A DNA stretch of 64,000 bases from an uncultured Bacilli bacterium (GCA_934140285.1 CAKPBI010000002.1:64804-128803); one strand, 5' to 3'. Counted from the first letter of the stretch, positions 38,411 to 48,404 are shown. The notes: generated from the letters alone by a model not told the origin. A program made the numbers and translations.

Positions 38411-38411
38411 G

Positions 38412-40418
38412 ATGCTTTGGATAATATTACTTGTAATAGTTCCTACATTTATCTTACTTGGTACAATACTTGTATGTTCAATCATTAAGACAAGTAAGTC
38501 ATTGTGTAAAAAGAACAAAGTAAAAGAAAAAATGCCTCAGCAAAAGAAAAAAGGCGTAATTGGAAGAGTATTAAAAGAATTATTTAAAGCTTATCCTCGA
38601 CTTTTACCAATAACAATTATTTTTATTGTAATAAATGCAATAGTAAGCTCAATTCCTTCTATTTTCATGCAAAAAGTAATTAGCATTATGGAAACAAGCT
38701 ATAAAGCTGGCGATTGGAATAGCGTTTCTAGTTCAATAATAAAACTAGTTATAATTCTTGCAGTATTATATATAATTTCTCTTATTGCAGGAATAGTTTA
38801 TAATCAATTACTCGCAATAATAACCCAAGGGTTCTTAAAGAAGATGCGTGCAAAAATGTTTGATCATATGCAAACATTACCGATAAAATATTTTGATACT
38901 CATAGCCATGGTGACATTATGAGTTATTATACAAATGATATTGATACCTTAAGACAATTAATATCACAAAGTATACCTCAATTATTAATATCTGGTATTA
39001 TCGTTATTTCAGTATTATTCATTATGTTGTATTATAGTTTTATCTTGACTCTTGTTGTTATTGTTGGGGTTATATTAATATTAATTGCAACCAAAATCAT
39101 TGGTGGAAGAAGTGCTAGATACTTTATAGCTCAACAAAAAGCTATTGCTCAAACTGAAGGTTATGTTGAAGAAATAATGAATGGACAAAAGGTTGTTAAA
39201 GTATTTAATCATGAAGAAAAAACAATGGAAGAGTTTAATAAAATTAATGAAGTATTGTTTGAAGAATCAAATAAAGCAAATACTTTCGCGAACATGTTAA
39301 TGCCAGTCTTACACAATATTGGTAATATTTTATACGTAATTGTTGCCTTTGTTGGTGGTGTATTATTAATAAATAATGTTGCTAATCCAAGTTTCTCAAA
39401 TATGGCGATGGGAATAAGTATTGTTATTCCTTTCCTAAATATGACAAAACAATTTACCGGTAATATCAGTCAAGTATCAGGACAAGTAAACTCAGTAGTA
39501 ATGGGTATGGCCGGAGCAAGACGTATCTTCGATCTTTTAGATGAAGAACCAGAAGTAGATAATGGATATGTAACGCTAGTAAATGCGAAGATGGAAAATG
39601 GAGAAATCGTTGAAACAGAAGAACGTACTGGTATGTGGGCATGGCGCCATCCTCACCAAGATGGAACGGTAACATATACAAAACTTCTTGGTGATGTTCA
39701 AATGTATGATGTAGACTTTGGTTATGAAGAAAATAAGATTGTTCTTCATGATGTAACTCTATATGCTAACCCTGGTCAAAAGATTGCCTTTGTTGGTGCA
39801 ACAGGTGCAGGAAAAACAACAATCACTAACTTGATCAATCGTTTTTATGATATTGCTGATGGTAAGATTAGATATGATGGAATTAACATAAATAAGATTA
39901 AAAAAGCAGATCTTCGTCATTCTCTTGGAATTGTATTACAAGATACTAACCTATTTACGGGTACTGTTCTTGATAATATTCGTTATGGAAAATTAGATGC
40001 AACCGACCAAGAATGTATTGATGCCGCAATCTTAGCTGGTGCTGATGAATTTATTAACAAGATGGCTGATGGATATAATACATATCTAACAAACAATGGA
40101 TCAAACCTTTCTCAAGGTCAACGTCAATTAATTGCCATTGCTAGAGCTGCTGTTGCGAACCCTCCAGTAATGATTCTTGATGAAGCTACATCATCAATTG
40201 ATACAAGAACAGAAACTATTGTTCAAAAAGGTATGGATGCTCTAATGAAAGGAAGAACCGTATTCGTTATAGCCCATCGTCTTTCAACAATTAGAAATGC
40301 GGATGTAATAATGGTTCTCGATCATGGAAGAATCATTGAAAGAGGTACCCACCAACAATTACTTGAAAATAAAGGTGAGTATTATCAATTGTATACAGGT
40401 GCATTTGAATTAGAATAA
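38412..40418 (+). CDS. ABC multidrug-type exporter, fused permease/ATPase (heterodimer subunit 2)
   Basis: TMD plus NBD (GATGAGKTT, LSQGQRQLIAIARA, ILDEATSSID). The ORF track begins at GTG 38403; ATG 38412 avoids overlap with subunit 1. Extra ~45 aa lie between the TMD and Walker A. Confidence 0.85.
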   Translation: MLWIILLVIVPTFILLGTILVCSIIKTSKSLCKKNKVKEKMPQQKKKGVIGRVLKELFKAYPRLLPITIIFIVINAIVSSIPSIFMQKVISIMETSYKAGDWNSVSSSIIKLVIILAVLYIISLIAGIVYNQLLAIITQGFLKKMRAKMFDHMQTLPIKYFDTHSHGDIMSYYTNDIDTLRQLISQSIPQLLISGIIVISVLFIMLYYSFILTLVVIVGVILILIATKIIGGRSARYFIAQQKAIAQTEGYVEEIMNGQKVVKVFNHEEKTMEEFNKINEVLFEESNKANTFANMLMPVLHNIGNILYVIVAFVGGVLLINNVANPSFSNMAMGISIVIPFLNMTKQFTGNISQVSGQVNSVVMGMAGARRIFDLLDEEPEVDNGYVTLVNAKMENGEIVETEERTGMWAWRHPHQDGTVTYTKLLGDVQMYDVDFGYEENKIVLHDVTLYANPGQKIAFVGATGAGKTTITNLINRFYDIADGKIRYDGININKIKKADLRHSLGIVLQDTNLFTGTVLDNIRYGKLDATDQECIDAAILAGADEFINKMADGYNTYLTNNGSNLSQGQRQLIAIARAAVANPPVMILDEATSSIDTRTETIVQKGMDALMKGRTVFVIAHRLSTIRNADVIMVLDHGRIIERGTHQQLLENKGEYYQLYTGAFELE

Positions 40419-40507
40419 AAAAATAAAGATAGAAAATGTTGATGTAAATCATCTTCAATTTCTATCTTTTTTTGTATTTTAAGGGAAATTCAACAAATAA
40501 TATTAAT

Positions 40508-41626
40508 ATGAAAAAATTATTAATTGTATTTATTCCATTTATTTTAATTGTGTCATGTCAAGCCGTCAAACAACCAAACACTATCCATTATAAAACAATG
40601 AAAATAAATAATAAGGAGGTAAAATATCAAAAAGTAAATGATGTAATGGATAAAGTGTTTGAAAAAGATTTGACTAGTATTTACCAAAACCCATTGTCAA
40701 ACTTAACCTGCAAAACATATATATCAAAAGATTATGTTAGCTATAAAATTAAAGAGGAAACAAAAGATACAACCAATCTATATACTTTTAATTATCACCT
40801 AGATACATCAAAAAAAGTAAACTTCAACAAAACAGAATTTATAAATTGGCTAAACAAATATAACAAAGATTATAATTTTAAAGAAGAAGATTTCTTTTTT
40901 TTAAAACCTTTAATTAAAGAAAACAAAATAGAAATATATATATCCCCATACCTAACAGGAAATTTAACAAGCTATAAAGAAATACCATTTAGAGATGAAT
41001 TAATTAGTGATGATGAAAATGAAATAAAGTATAGTAAGAAGATAGCTTTGACCTTTGATGATGGGCCTTCAATAAAAACCAAAGAACTTGTCGACTTATT
41101 AGAGGAACTTAATGTAGTAGCAACCTTTTTTGTTTTAGGTACAAACGTCAAACAACATCCTGATGAATTAATATATATATCTAATCATAATCATGAAATA
41201 GGTAATCACTCATATAGTCATCCAGATTTCAAAAAAATATCAGTAGATGCGGGTATTGAAGAAATAAACAAAACTCAAGCAGAAATCTTTAAAATAATTA
41301 AAAGATATCCAAGAATATTTCGCTTTCCATATGGATCAGTTAATAAAGAAGTAATAAAAAAAATTAAACTTCCAACGGTCTTGTGGAATGCGGATTCTTT
41401 AGATTGGCAATGCTATGATTCACAAAAAATCATAGAAAAACTAAAAAAAGAAATGAAAGAAGATAGTGTAGTACTATTTCATGATTTCAAATACTACAAT
41501 AAAGTAGCTATCACTAAAATAGTAAATGATTTAAAAAATGATGGATATACCTTTGTAACAGTATCAGAATTATTTAATTATACTAGTGAAGAAAAAATCA
41601 TGGCTGAAATCTATAGAATGCAATAA
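40508..41626 (+). CDS. Polysaccharide deacetylase lipoprotein (N-terminal unknown domain plus NodB homology domain)
   Basis: Lipobox ILIVSCQA. NodB motifs (ALTFDDGPS, TFFVLG, H-S-Y-S-H, LFHD). Start set at MKKLLIVF rather than the upstream in-frame ATG. Confidence 0.7.
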   Translation: MKKLLIVFIPFILIVSCQAVKQPNTIHYKTMKINNKEVKYQKVNDVMDKVFEKDLTSIYQNPLSNLTCKTYISKDYVSYKIKEETKDTTNLYTFNYHLDTSKKVNFNKTEFINWLNKYNKDYNFKEEDFFFLKPLIKENKIEIYISPYLTGNLTSYKEIPFRDELISDDENEIKYSKKIALTFDDGPSIKTKELVDLLEELNVVATFFVLGTNVKQHPDELIYISNHNHEIGNHSYSHPDFKKISVDAGIEEINKTQAEIFKIIKRYPRIFRFPYGSVNKEVIKKIKLPTVLWNADSLDWQCYDSQKIIEKLKKEMKEDSVVLFHDFKYYNKVAITKIVNDLKNDGYTFVTVSELFNYTSEEKIMAEIYRMQ

Positions 41627-41637
41627 TTTTGAAAATA

Positions 41638-41670
41638 AATTATAAATAAATTATAAATAAATTATAATAT
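41638..41670. repeat. Approximately 3 tandem copies of 11-mer AAATTATAAAT
   Basis: Direct repeat read in the intergenic region after the deacetylase gene. Confidence 0.5.
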
Positions 41671-41683
41671 AGATGGTAGGAGA

Positions 41684-41705
41684 ATGTATAAATTAGTTTA
41701 TACAT
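41684..41705. promoter_or_regulatory. Perfect 9-bp inverted repeat ATGTATAAA-ttag-TTTATACAT, candidate operator upstream of the lipoprotein gene
   Basis: Palindrome read directly, about 85 nt upstream of the 41790 start. Confidence 0.35.
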
Positions 41706-41789
41706 ATTAGGTTTTAGGTTCACTTTCCTAATTATAAAAAAGTAAATATTTATATTTTTTAATCATATATTAAAGTAGGAGATGAAAAA

Positions 41790-42470
41790 ATGAGAAAAGA
41801 AATGAGAAAATTATTTTTATTAATTTGTGTGTTTGGTCTTCTTTCTTTTGGCACATCGTGTTTAACTGTGAATAATCCACTTGATAAAAACGATGAAAAC
41901 ATTCAAGAAGAAGTAAACAAAAACACAACAAATAAAAATCAAGAAAAACAAGGAGAAGAAGAAGGAGACAAAAATGGTGATGAAGTAATAGGTGTACCAA
42001 AGGTAAACTTAGAATATACTTTTAACCATCAAGAATTAGAATCATTCTATGAAATTTTTAAATTAAATAATCAAAGAAGATTCATGATTCCAAATGTTGA
42101 AAATGAATTATTTAATTATTTTGATTATACTTTTACAAGTTCACCAGTTTCTCTAACGGATTGTCAAAATAAACGTTATGATATTTATTTTCCTTCATCA
42201 AAACTATATTTTGATTTTTCTTCAACGGGACCAAATAATACCTTCATAAGCAAAGAAGTTGGTATTAAGGGAATTCTTTATGATATTTCTGAATTTGAAT
42301 TTACAGACTATCTTGTTGAAATAAAAGAGATTCAAGGTATTGGTACTTATAAAATAAGTACTTATGATATCATAGTTGATGGAAATGTAGTTGGAAATTT
42401 TGAATTAAAAACCATGTTTGGAAACACTGATGACATCTTTAATGTTGTTAAAAAGATGTTTTCTAAGTAA
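41790..42470 (+). CDS. Hypothetical lipoprotein
   Basis: Signal peptide with lipobox SFGTSC, an acidic low-complexity linker, then a beta-rich domain. No motif recognised. Confidence 0.5.
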   Translation: MRKEMRKLFLLICVFGLLSFGTSCLTVNNPLDKNDENIQEEVNKNTTNKNQEKQGEEEGDKNGDEVIGVPKVNLEYTFNHQELESFYEIFKLNNQRRFMIPNVENELFNYFDYTFTSSPVSLTDCQNKRYDIYFPSSKLYFDFSSTGPNNTFISKEVGIKGILYDISEFEFTDYLVEIKEIQGIGTYKISTYDIIVDGNVVGNFELKTMFGNTDDIFNVVKKMFSK

Positions 42471-42493
42471 TAATGTCTAAAATAAATAAGCAC

Positions 42494-42527
42494 TAAGGAC
42501 TAGTTTTACTAGTCCTTATTTCTTGAA
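42494..42527 (+). terminator. Rho-independent terminator
   Basis: aaggactag tttt actagtcctt followed by a T-rich tail. Confidence 0.7.
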
Positions 42528-42551
42528 TTAACAACAATAAGTGGGTATAAT
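42523..42551 (+). promoter_or_regulatory. Sigma-A promoter for the cupin-amidase pair
   Basis: TTGAAT, 17-nt spacer, TATAAT. Confidence 0.55.
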
Positions 42552-42608
42552 ATATTTGTAATTAGTTAGTTAACAATTAATTTAATAATTTTATAAAAGG
42601 AGATTGCT

Positions 42609-42962
42609 ATGGAAATTAAAAAAGATCTATTAAGAAAGAAAATGAAAAATATTGAATTTAGTAAAGTAGTAAGCCTAAAAGATGAAGTAACATATAGAGA
42701 AGGAGAGGTTGTAAGCAAAACTCTAGCTCAAAATAATTATGTAAGTATTACTCTTTTCGCATTTGGTGATGGTGAAGAGATTAGTTCCCATAAATCTGAT
42801 GGGGATGCCTTTGTTACATGCTTAGATGGTGAAGGAAAAGTAATTATAGATGGAATAGAATATTTCTTAAAAGAAGGTGAATCCGTTGTAATGCCAGCCG
42901 GTCATTCTCATTCTGTTCATGGAATTAGTAAATTTAAAATGTTATTAGTGGTTGTCTTTTAA
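42609..42962 (+). CDS. Cupin-domain protein
   Basis: Cupin_2 motifs (G(X)5HxH-like: ISSHKSDGDAFVTCLDGEGKV...MPAGHSHSVHG). Confidence 0.6.
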   Translation: MEIKKDLLRKKMKNIEFSKVVSLKDEVTYREGEVVSKTLAQNNYVSITLFAFGDGEEISSHKSDGDAFVTCLDGEGKVIIDGIEYFLKEGESVVMPAGHSHSVHGISKFKMLLVVVF

Positions 42963-44026
42963 TGAATAAAGTTTTAAAATATTTTAAAGAAAGCACTTAT
43001 AAACCATTTTCAAAACAAATAAGAGTATATGGCTGGCAAAAAGAATATGATTATACTTTAGTAAGTAGTATTGTTCCTTTCTTATTTGAATCATTTAATG
43101 TGATCACTAATCTAGCTCCAAAAACTAATGAAAATAGACCGGGCAAAATAATGCCCAAGTTTTACATTACTGTTCATGACACTGGTGATTCAGCACCAGA
43201 ACATACTGCTCAATTTTGGAGTGAAACGGTAAAAAATCAATATTGGAGTGAAGGACCATATCATGCAAGTTTCCAATATGTCGTTGGAAATGATGGAATA
43301 TATCATCAAATACCTGATAATGAAGTTGCATGGCATGCTGGTGATGGTACTAGATTTGATTATACTCTTTATGATACAATGGTAGATGGAACAAATAAGC
43401 ATCCGGTAATTACAATTAGTGATAAAGGATACTACATGATTGATGGAAAAACTACATATGTACTTGCACCAAGAGCATTCAAAGAATATAATGAAAAAAC
43501 GATATTTGATAGAATCCCTAAAACATCAGATTTAAATGATGATGGAATACTATGCAAGCTAATCGGCAAAAGATATTACATTGGTGAAACTTACTTTAAT
43601 CAAACGTATGAAAAAATAGCAAATCGATGTGGTAATAATAATTCAATTGGAATTGAATCATGCATTAATGAAGAAACAGATATATATTACACATGGCAAA
43701 AAACCGCTAAGTTAGTTGCACACTTAATGAATGATAATAATCTTTCACTAGATGATGTAAAACAACATCATTACTTTAGTGGTAAGAATTGTCCTCAAAC
43801 TATGAGAATGAACAATCTATGGAATCATTTTAAACAACTTGTAATGGTTGAATATGATATTTTACAGTTTATTAATGAAGGTTATAAAATTTCCTTTATT
43901 CCTCTATCTAATGGTATCAATGAATTAGGAAGAATCACTGATAATACTCTAAATGCATTTAAGTATAAAATAATTACAAATTATCAAGGAAAAACCGAAG
44001 AGGATATTTTTGAAATAACAATGTAA
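42962..44026 (+). CDS. N-acetylmuramoyl-L-alanine amidase (amidase_2/PGRP type) with a ~100-aa internal insertion and no signal peptide
   Basis: YITVHDTGDS...AWHAGDG and NSIGIESC...HHYFSGKNCP zinc-amidase motifs. Overlaps the cupin gene by 1 nt. Confidence 0.7.
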   Translation: MNKVLKYFKESTYKPFSKQIRVYGWQKEYDYTLVSSIVPFLFESFNVITNLAPKTNENRPGKIMPKFYITVHDTGDSAPEHTAQFWSETVKNQYWSEGPYHASFQYVVGNDGIYHQIPDNEVAWHAGDGTRFDYTLYDTMVDGTNKHPVITISDKGYYMIDGKTTYVLAPRAFKEYNEKTIFDRIPKTSDLNDDGILCKLIGKRYYIGETYFNQTYEKIANRCGNNNSIGIESCINEETDIYYTWQKTAKLVAHLMNDNNLSLDDVKQHHYFSGKNCPQTMRMNNLWNHFKQLVMVEYDILQFINEGYKISFIPLSNGINELGRITDNTLNAFKYKIITNYQGKTEEDIFEITM

Positions 44027-44028
44027 AA

Positions 44029-44070
44029 AGAAAGGTAACTACACCAAATAACGGTATAGTTACCTTTTTT
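44029..44070. terminator. Bidirectional terminator between the amidase (+) and holA (-) genes
   Basis: aaaggtaacta / tagttaccttt stem, T-run on + and A-run upstream. Confidence 0.65.
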
Positions 44071-45043
44071 ACAATTGCATAATTAGTAAATCTAATCCTA
44101 GATTTTTATCAATTTTACCTGTTTTAATACGATAATCTAAATCAGCTAGTTTTATTACGTAGTTTTCTAAATCAACAATTTTAAAACTTTTTGCGTTTTT
44201 AACCATATAATATGCTCTTCCCGGCGAAACATTGTAAAATTTAGCAATGTCATTTTGAGAGTATCCTGCTTTTAATAATTTAGTGATATTTAGCATATCG
44301 ATGAATGAACTATTAATCATTCCTAAGATACCTGCTGCATCTTTAGTATTTTTAGTTAAATCTAAATATATATTTGCGACTTGATTATGATTGTGGTCAA
44401 CAATTGCCTTAATTAAATTAAACACTTCTTTGGATAAGTCTTTATCAACCATTAATTTAATATCATTTGGGGTGATTACACCACCTTTACCAACATAATC
44501 AATTAACTTATTAATTTCTTGTTCCATTCTTACTTGATCATTGTTTAGGTATTCCATAAAAAGATTAATAGCTTCTTCCTTGATTTCAATGTTCCAAGCC
44601 GCAAAACTTCTAATAACCCATCCTTTTAGTTCAATTTCTTGAGAGTCATCATAATTGATTATTAACGCTACATTCTTAAGAGTTTTATATACCTCATTAG
44701 TTGGATTTAATTTTATGCCATGAGCATCAACCATTAAAACAGTAGATTCTGCAGGATTCTTTAAATACTTAATAAAGTTCTTTAAATCTGGCGATAATTC
44801 ATCTTTATTTCGTGAAAGAAATGTTGGATTACGTAAAATAATAACCTTTAAATCTTCTAAAAAAGGAATTGTAATGCAGTCATTAATAATGTTATTTAAA
44901 GGTGTAATTTCACAATCATATTTAATAACAGCATATGTTTGTTTATTAAAACTTTGTAAAATACGGGTTATTCTATTTTTAATAAATACCTCAGAAGTAC
45001 CAGTAAATAAATAGACAAGATCATCATCTTTAGTTAAAGCCAT
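44069..45043 (-). CDS. holA: DNA polymerase III delta subunit (HolA)
   Basis: 324 aa. N-terminal LVYLFTGTSEVFIKNRI, delta-subunit-like three-domain layout, strong RBS GGGAGGG. Position next to rpsT/gpr as in B. subtilis. Confidence 0.65.
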   Translation of the reverse strand: MALTKDDDLVYLFTGTSEVFIKNRITRILQSFNKQTYAVIKYDCEITPLNNIINDCITIPFLEDLKVIILRNPTFLSRNKDELSPDLKNFIKYLKNPAESTVLMVDAHGIKLNPTNEVYKTLKNVALIINYDDSQEIELKGWVIRSFAAWNIEIKEEAINLFMEYLNNDQVRMEQEINKLIDYVGKGGVITPNDIKLMVDKDLSKEVFNLIKAIVDHNHNQVANIYLDLTKNTKDAAGILGMINSSFIDMLNITKLLKAGYSQNDIAKFYNVSPGRAYYMVKNAKSFKIVDLENYVIKLADLDYRIKTGKIDKNLGLDLLIMQL

Positions 45044-45165
45044 TAATAGTCCCTCCCTTTATTGTGAAAACATTATATCATATTTTTAATAATTTTTAAT
45101 GTTTAATGCAAAAATAAAATAATAAAATAAAAAAAACATCACACAATAATATAGAGGTGATAATA

Positions 45166-46203
45166 ATGAATGACGATTTTTTAATGAAATTAACAGAAGA
45201 ACAAAAATGGAATGTTAGAACAGACTTAGCATATGATGATGCTTTAAAATTTCAAAATAATAATGTTGCAGACTTTATTCAAACTGAAGAAGAGATAAAC
45301 AATATTCCAGTTTATAAAAGTGTGGTAGGGCCTAATGCTTCTAAAGTAATTAACAAACAAATTGGAACCTACTACACAATTGATCTAGCAAATGTTGATT
45401 TTCATGATGCAACAATTTGTGAAAGCATTGAAAAAGCTCTTGCAAAAATTCTTGTAAATATTTTACAATTTAGAGGATTAATGAATAAAAGATGTCTACT
45501 AGTTGGACTTGGAAATGTAAATGTAACTCCTGATGCACTTGGTCCATATGTTATGGATAATGTAATTGTAACAAGACATCTTGTTCAAATGGGACATATA
45601 AGTAATGGCTTTAGTGAAGTAAGTGCCATTAGCCCTGGTGTTATGGGAACCACAGGAATTGAAACCTTTGATATAATTAAAGCAGTTAAAGATAAAATTA
45701 ATGTAGATTTCTTAATCGTTGTTGATGCTTTAGCCTCAAGTTCGATCGCAAGAGTTAATAAAACAATTCAAATTACTGATACAGGAATAAGACCGGGATC
45801 AGGAGTTGGTAATAAACGAAAAGAATTAAGTATCAATACTATTGGAGTACCCGTAATTGCCATCGGAGTTCCAACAGTAGTTGATGCGGTAACGATAACT
45901 AGTGATGCTATAGACTATGTAATAAAATATCTAAATGAGCAATCTAAAGTATTTCCTAAAAAAGATTTAGAAAGTGCACAAGAACCATCTGATGATGCAA
46001 AAGAAATATTTATGGGGCAAATAGGTTTACTTGATGAGCAAGAAAAGAAACACTTAATTCAAGAAGTATTAACCCCAAATGGATATAATATGATGGTAAC
46101 ACCAAAAGAAGTAGATGCGGATATTGAAGACTTATCAAAGATCATCGCCACAGGAATTGATCTTGCTTTACATCAAGGCTTATTAACAGGCTGTACACAA
46201 TGA
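45166..46203 (+). CDS. gpr: Germination protease Gpr (spore protease)
   Basis: GIETFDIIKAVKDKINVDFLIVVDALASSSIARVNKTIQITDTGIRPGSGVGNKRKELS..GVPVIAIGVPTVVDA is a near-canonical GPR core. Start at ATG 45166 after GAGGTG. Confidence 0.85.
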   Translation: MNDDFLMKLTEEQKWNVRTDLAYDDALKFQNNNVADFIQTEEEINNIPVYKSVVGPNASKVINKQIGTYYTIDLANVDFHDATICESIEKALAKILVNILQFRGLMNKRCLLVGLGNVNVTPDALGPYVMDNVIVTRHLVQMGHISNGFSEVSAISPGVMGTTGIETFDIIKAVKDKINVDFLIVVDALASSSIARVNKTIQITDTGIRPGSGVGNKRKELSINTIGVPVIAIGVPTVVDAVTITSDAIDYVIKYLNEQSKVFPKKDLESAQEPSDDAKEIFMGQIGLLDEQEKKHLIQEVLTPNGYNMMVTPKEVDADIEDLSKIIATGIDLALHQGLLTGCTQ

Positions 46204-46442
46204 AAAAAGTTTTCTTAACAATTCTTTTTGGTGTCGTATTTTTAATAGGAATTGGCATTGGCGGAAAAAACAACAGTTCTAGTAAATTATTTGAAGAAAG
46301 TAAGTCGAATTTTGAAAGTGAAATTTCAACTCCTAATAATAATTATAATGCAGAATCACGAAAGCCTCAGGATGGTATGTTAAATAAAATAGCAAAAAAA
46401 GTCGATAAATTGCTTGAATCAATATCTAAAAAGATAGCATAA
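46200..46442 (+). CDS. Small N-terminally anchored hypothetical protein
   Basis: ATGA overlap with gpr. TM helix (VFLTILFGVVFLIGIGIGG) plus hydrophilic tail. Confidence 0.4.
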   Translation: MKKVFLTILFGVVFLIGIGIGGKNNSSSKLFEESKSNFESEISTPNNNYNAESRKPQDGMLNKIAKKVDKLLESISKKIA

Positions 46443-46590
46443 AAAGGGAATACTTTAAATAATATTCCTTTTTTCTTTTTATTTGAAAGAAATATCATTT
46501 GGTAGTATTATACACTTAATAGAAAATGGGGGATAATATGAACAAATACTATTTACGACTATAAAAAACAATTTAGATATATCAATAACT

Positions 46591-46619
46591 TTGCATTATT
46601 TGTAAAAATATGATATAAT
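46591..46619 (+). promoter_or_regulatory. pgsA-recA promoter
   Basis: TTGCAT, 17-nt spacer, tgaTATAAT (extended -10). Confidence 0.6.
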
Positions 46620-46644
46620 TTTCAGTAAGAAAAAAGGTGATAGA

Positions 46645-47316
46645 ATGAAGAAATTGAATTTACCAAACAAACTAACATTATTTAGAATGTTCTTAATTCC
46701 AATTATAATGATTGTCTATGCAATTCCACAATGGAATAGACAACCAATCTTTACGGGTAATGATTCATTTACGGTATCAAACTTTATAATCTTAATTTTG
46801 ATATTTGTAGGATCACTTACAGACTTTTTAGATGGAAAGATTGCAAGAAAATATAATCTTGTAACTAATTTTGGAAAATTCTTAGATCCAATTGCTGATA
46901 AACTATTAGTAATTACTGGCTTTGTTATCCTTTTTGACCAAAGTGCAAAAGCTGGTAATAACCTATTTACTTGGTGGATGCTTGCTATAATTCTCGCAAG
47001 AGAATTCATTGTGTCAGGATTAAGACTTGTTGCTGCCGAAAAAGGTGTTGTAATTGCTGCCGGCAAATGGGGAAAAGTAAAAACAACAATTCAATTTATT
47101 ACATTGATTTATTTGTTTATTGGTATTCAAACCAAAGAATCAAATATATATACTATCATTGGTTTAGTATTAATTTATGCTACTTTAGTTTCAACAGTAT
47201 TTAGTGGATGGGATTACTTATCAAAGAATAAAGCAGTCCTAGATGATGAAGAAGAAACTGAAGGAAAAAAAACAAACATTAAAAAAGTAAAAAAGAATAA
47301 AAAAAATAAAAAGTAA
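46645..47316 (+). CDS. pgsA: CDP-diacylglycerol--glycerol-3-phosphate 3-phosphatidyltransferase
   Basis: CDP-alcohol phosphatidyltransferase motif [10 protein letters not shown]...G..LDPIADK. Lys-rich C-terminal tail. Confidence 0.9.
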   Translation: MKKLNLPNKLTLFRMFLIPIIMIVYAIPQWNRQPIFTGNDSFTVSNFIILILIFVGSLTDFLDGKIARKYNLVTNFGKFLDPIADKLLVITGFVILFDQSAKAGNNLFTWWMLAIILAREFIVSGLRLVAAEKGVVIAAGKWGKVKTTIQFITLIYLFIGIQTKESNIYTIIGLVLIYATLVSTVFSGWDYLSKNKAVLDDEEETEGKKTNIKKVKKNKKNKK

Positions 47317-47327
47317 GAGGTAATAAG

Positions 47328-48365
47328 ATGGCTGAAGAAAAAACAAAGCAACTTAAAATCGAAGATATTGAGCCTGGAAAAGATCCAGCCAAAGAAAAAG
47401 CCTTAGCGGAGGCTTTAAAAACAATTGAGAAAAACTATGGAAAAGGTTCAATAATGAAATTGGGAGACCATGCTCAAGAAAAACTAGAAGTAATTTCTAG
47501 TGGTTCAATTGCCTTAGATGCGGCACTTGGAGTAGGTGGATATCCTAAGGGAAGAATTATTGAAATATATGGACCAGAATCTAGTGGTAAAACAACATTT
47601 GCTTTACATGCAATAGCAGAGGCTCAAAAGTTGGGTGGCTATGCAGCATTCATTGATGCTGAACATGCCTTAGATCCTGTCTATGCCAAGAATTTAGGGG
47701 TTGATGTAGATAATCTAATTTTATCTCAACCTGATGATGGTGAACAAGCCTTAGAGATTGTTGAAGCATTGATTAGAAGTAATGCTATTGATATCATTGT
47801 TATTGACTCAGTTGCAGCTTTAGTTCCAAAAGCGGAAATTGAAGGAGACATGGGAGCAAGTCATGTAGGATTACAAGCCCGCTTGATGAGCCAAGCAATG
47901 AGAAAATTAGCTGGTGCTATTTCTAAATCAAAAGCAATCGCCATTTTTATAAATCAAATTCGTGAAAAAGTTGGTGTCCTATTTGGTAGTCCTGAAACTA
48001 CATCAGGTGGTCGTGCATTAAAATTCTATGCGACAATTCGTTTAGATATTAGAAGAGTTGACCAAATTAAAGTAGGTACTGAACCTGTTGGTAATGTAAC
48101 AAGAATAAAGGTTGTAAAAAACAAAGTTGCACCACCATTCAAAACTGCGGATGTTGATTTAATTTATGGACAAGGTATTTCTCACGAAGGTGAAATTCTT
48201 GATATGGCAGTTAATATGGATATTGTTGAAAAGAGTGGAGCTTGGTTCTCATATAATGGAGAACGCTTAGGCCAAGGACGTGAAAATGTTAAAGAACTTT
48301 TCAGACAAAAACCAGAACTTGCTAAAGAAATTGAACAAAAGGTTCGTGAAAAATTATTCCAATAA
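47328..48365 (+). CDS. recA: Recombinase RecA
   Basis: GPESSGKTT Walker A, L1/L2 loops, near full-length identity to the RecA consensus. Confidence 0.97.
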   Translation: MAEEKTKQLKIEDIEPGKDPAKEKALAEALKTIEKNYGKGSIMKLGDHAQEKLEVISSGSIALDAALGVGGYPKGRIIEIYGPESSGKTTFALHAIAEAQKLGGYAAFIDAEHALDPVYAKNLGVDVDNLILSQPDDGEQALEIVEALIRSNAIDIIVIDSVAALVPKAEIEGDMGASHVGLQARLMSQAMRKLAGAISKSKAIAIFINQIREKVGVLFGSPETTSGGRALKFYATIRLDIRRVDQIKVGTEPVGNVTRIKVVKNKVAPPFKTADVDLIYGQGISHEGEILDMAVNMDIVEKSGAWFSYNGERLGQGRENVKELFRQKPELAKEIEQKVREKLFQ

Positions 48366-48373
48366 GTTAAAAT

Positions 48374-48404
48374 GCGGTTATGAATATTCATAACCGTTTA
48401 TTTT
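48374..48404 (+). terminator. recA terminator
   Basis: cggttatgaa / ttcataaccg palindrome followed by a T-run. Confidence 0.75.

Noticed and set aside
42962-44026. Prophage remnant suggested by the amidase_2 endolysin-like gene
   Set aside because: No integrase, holin, terminase, capsid genes or att-like repeats flank it. Neighbours are a deacetylase, a lipoprotein and holA. It is kept only as a hypothesis in the findings.
45044-45165. Forespore sigma-F/G promoter upstream of gpr
   Set aside because: I looked for GnATA...CATnnTA. Only a weak cacaataat -10-like element with no matching -35 is present, so I cannot call it.
46971-47204. Cys-rich 77-aa ORF ([11 protein letters not shown]) in an alternate frame of pgsA
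   Set aside because: It is a frame artefact inside a confidently identified pgsA, with no RBS.
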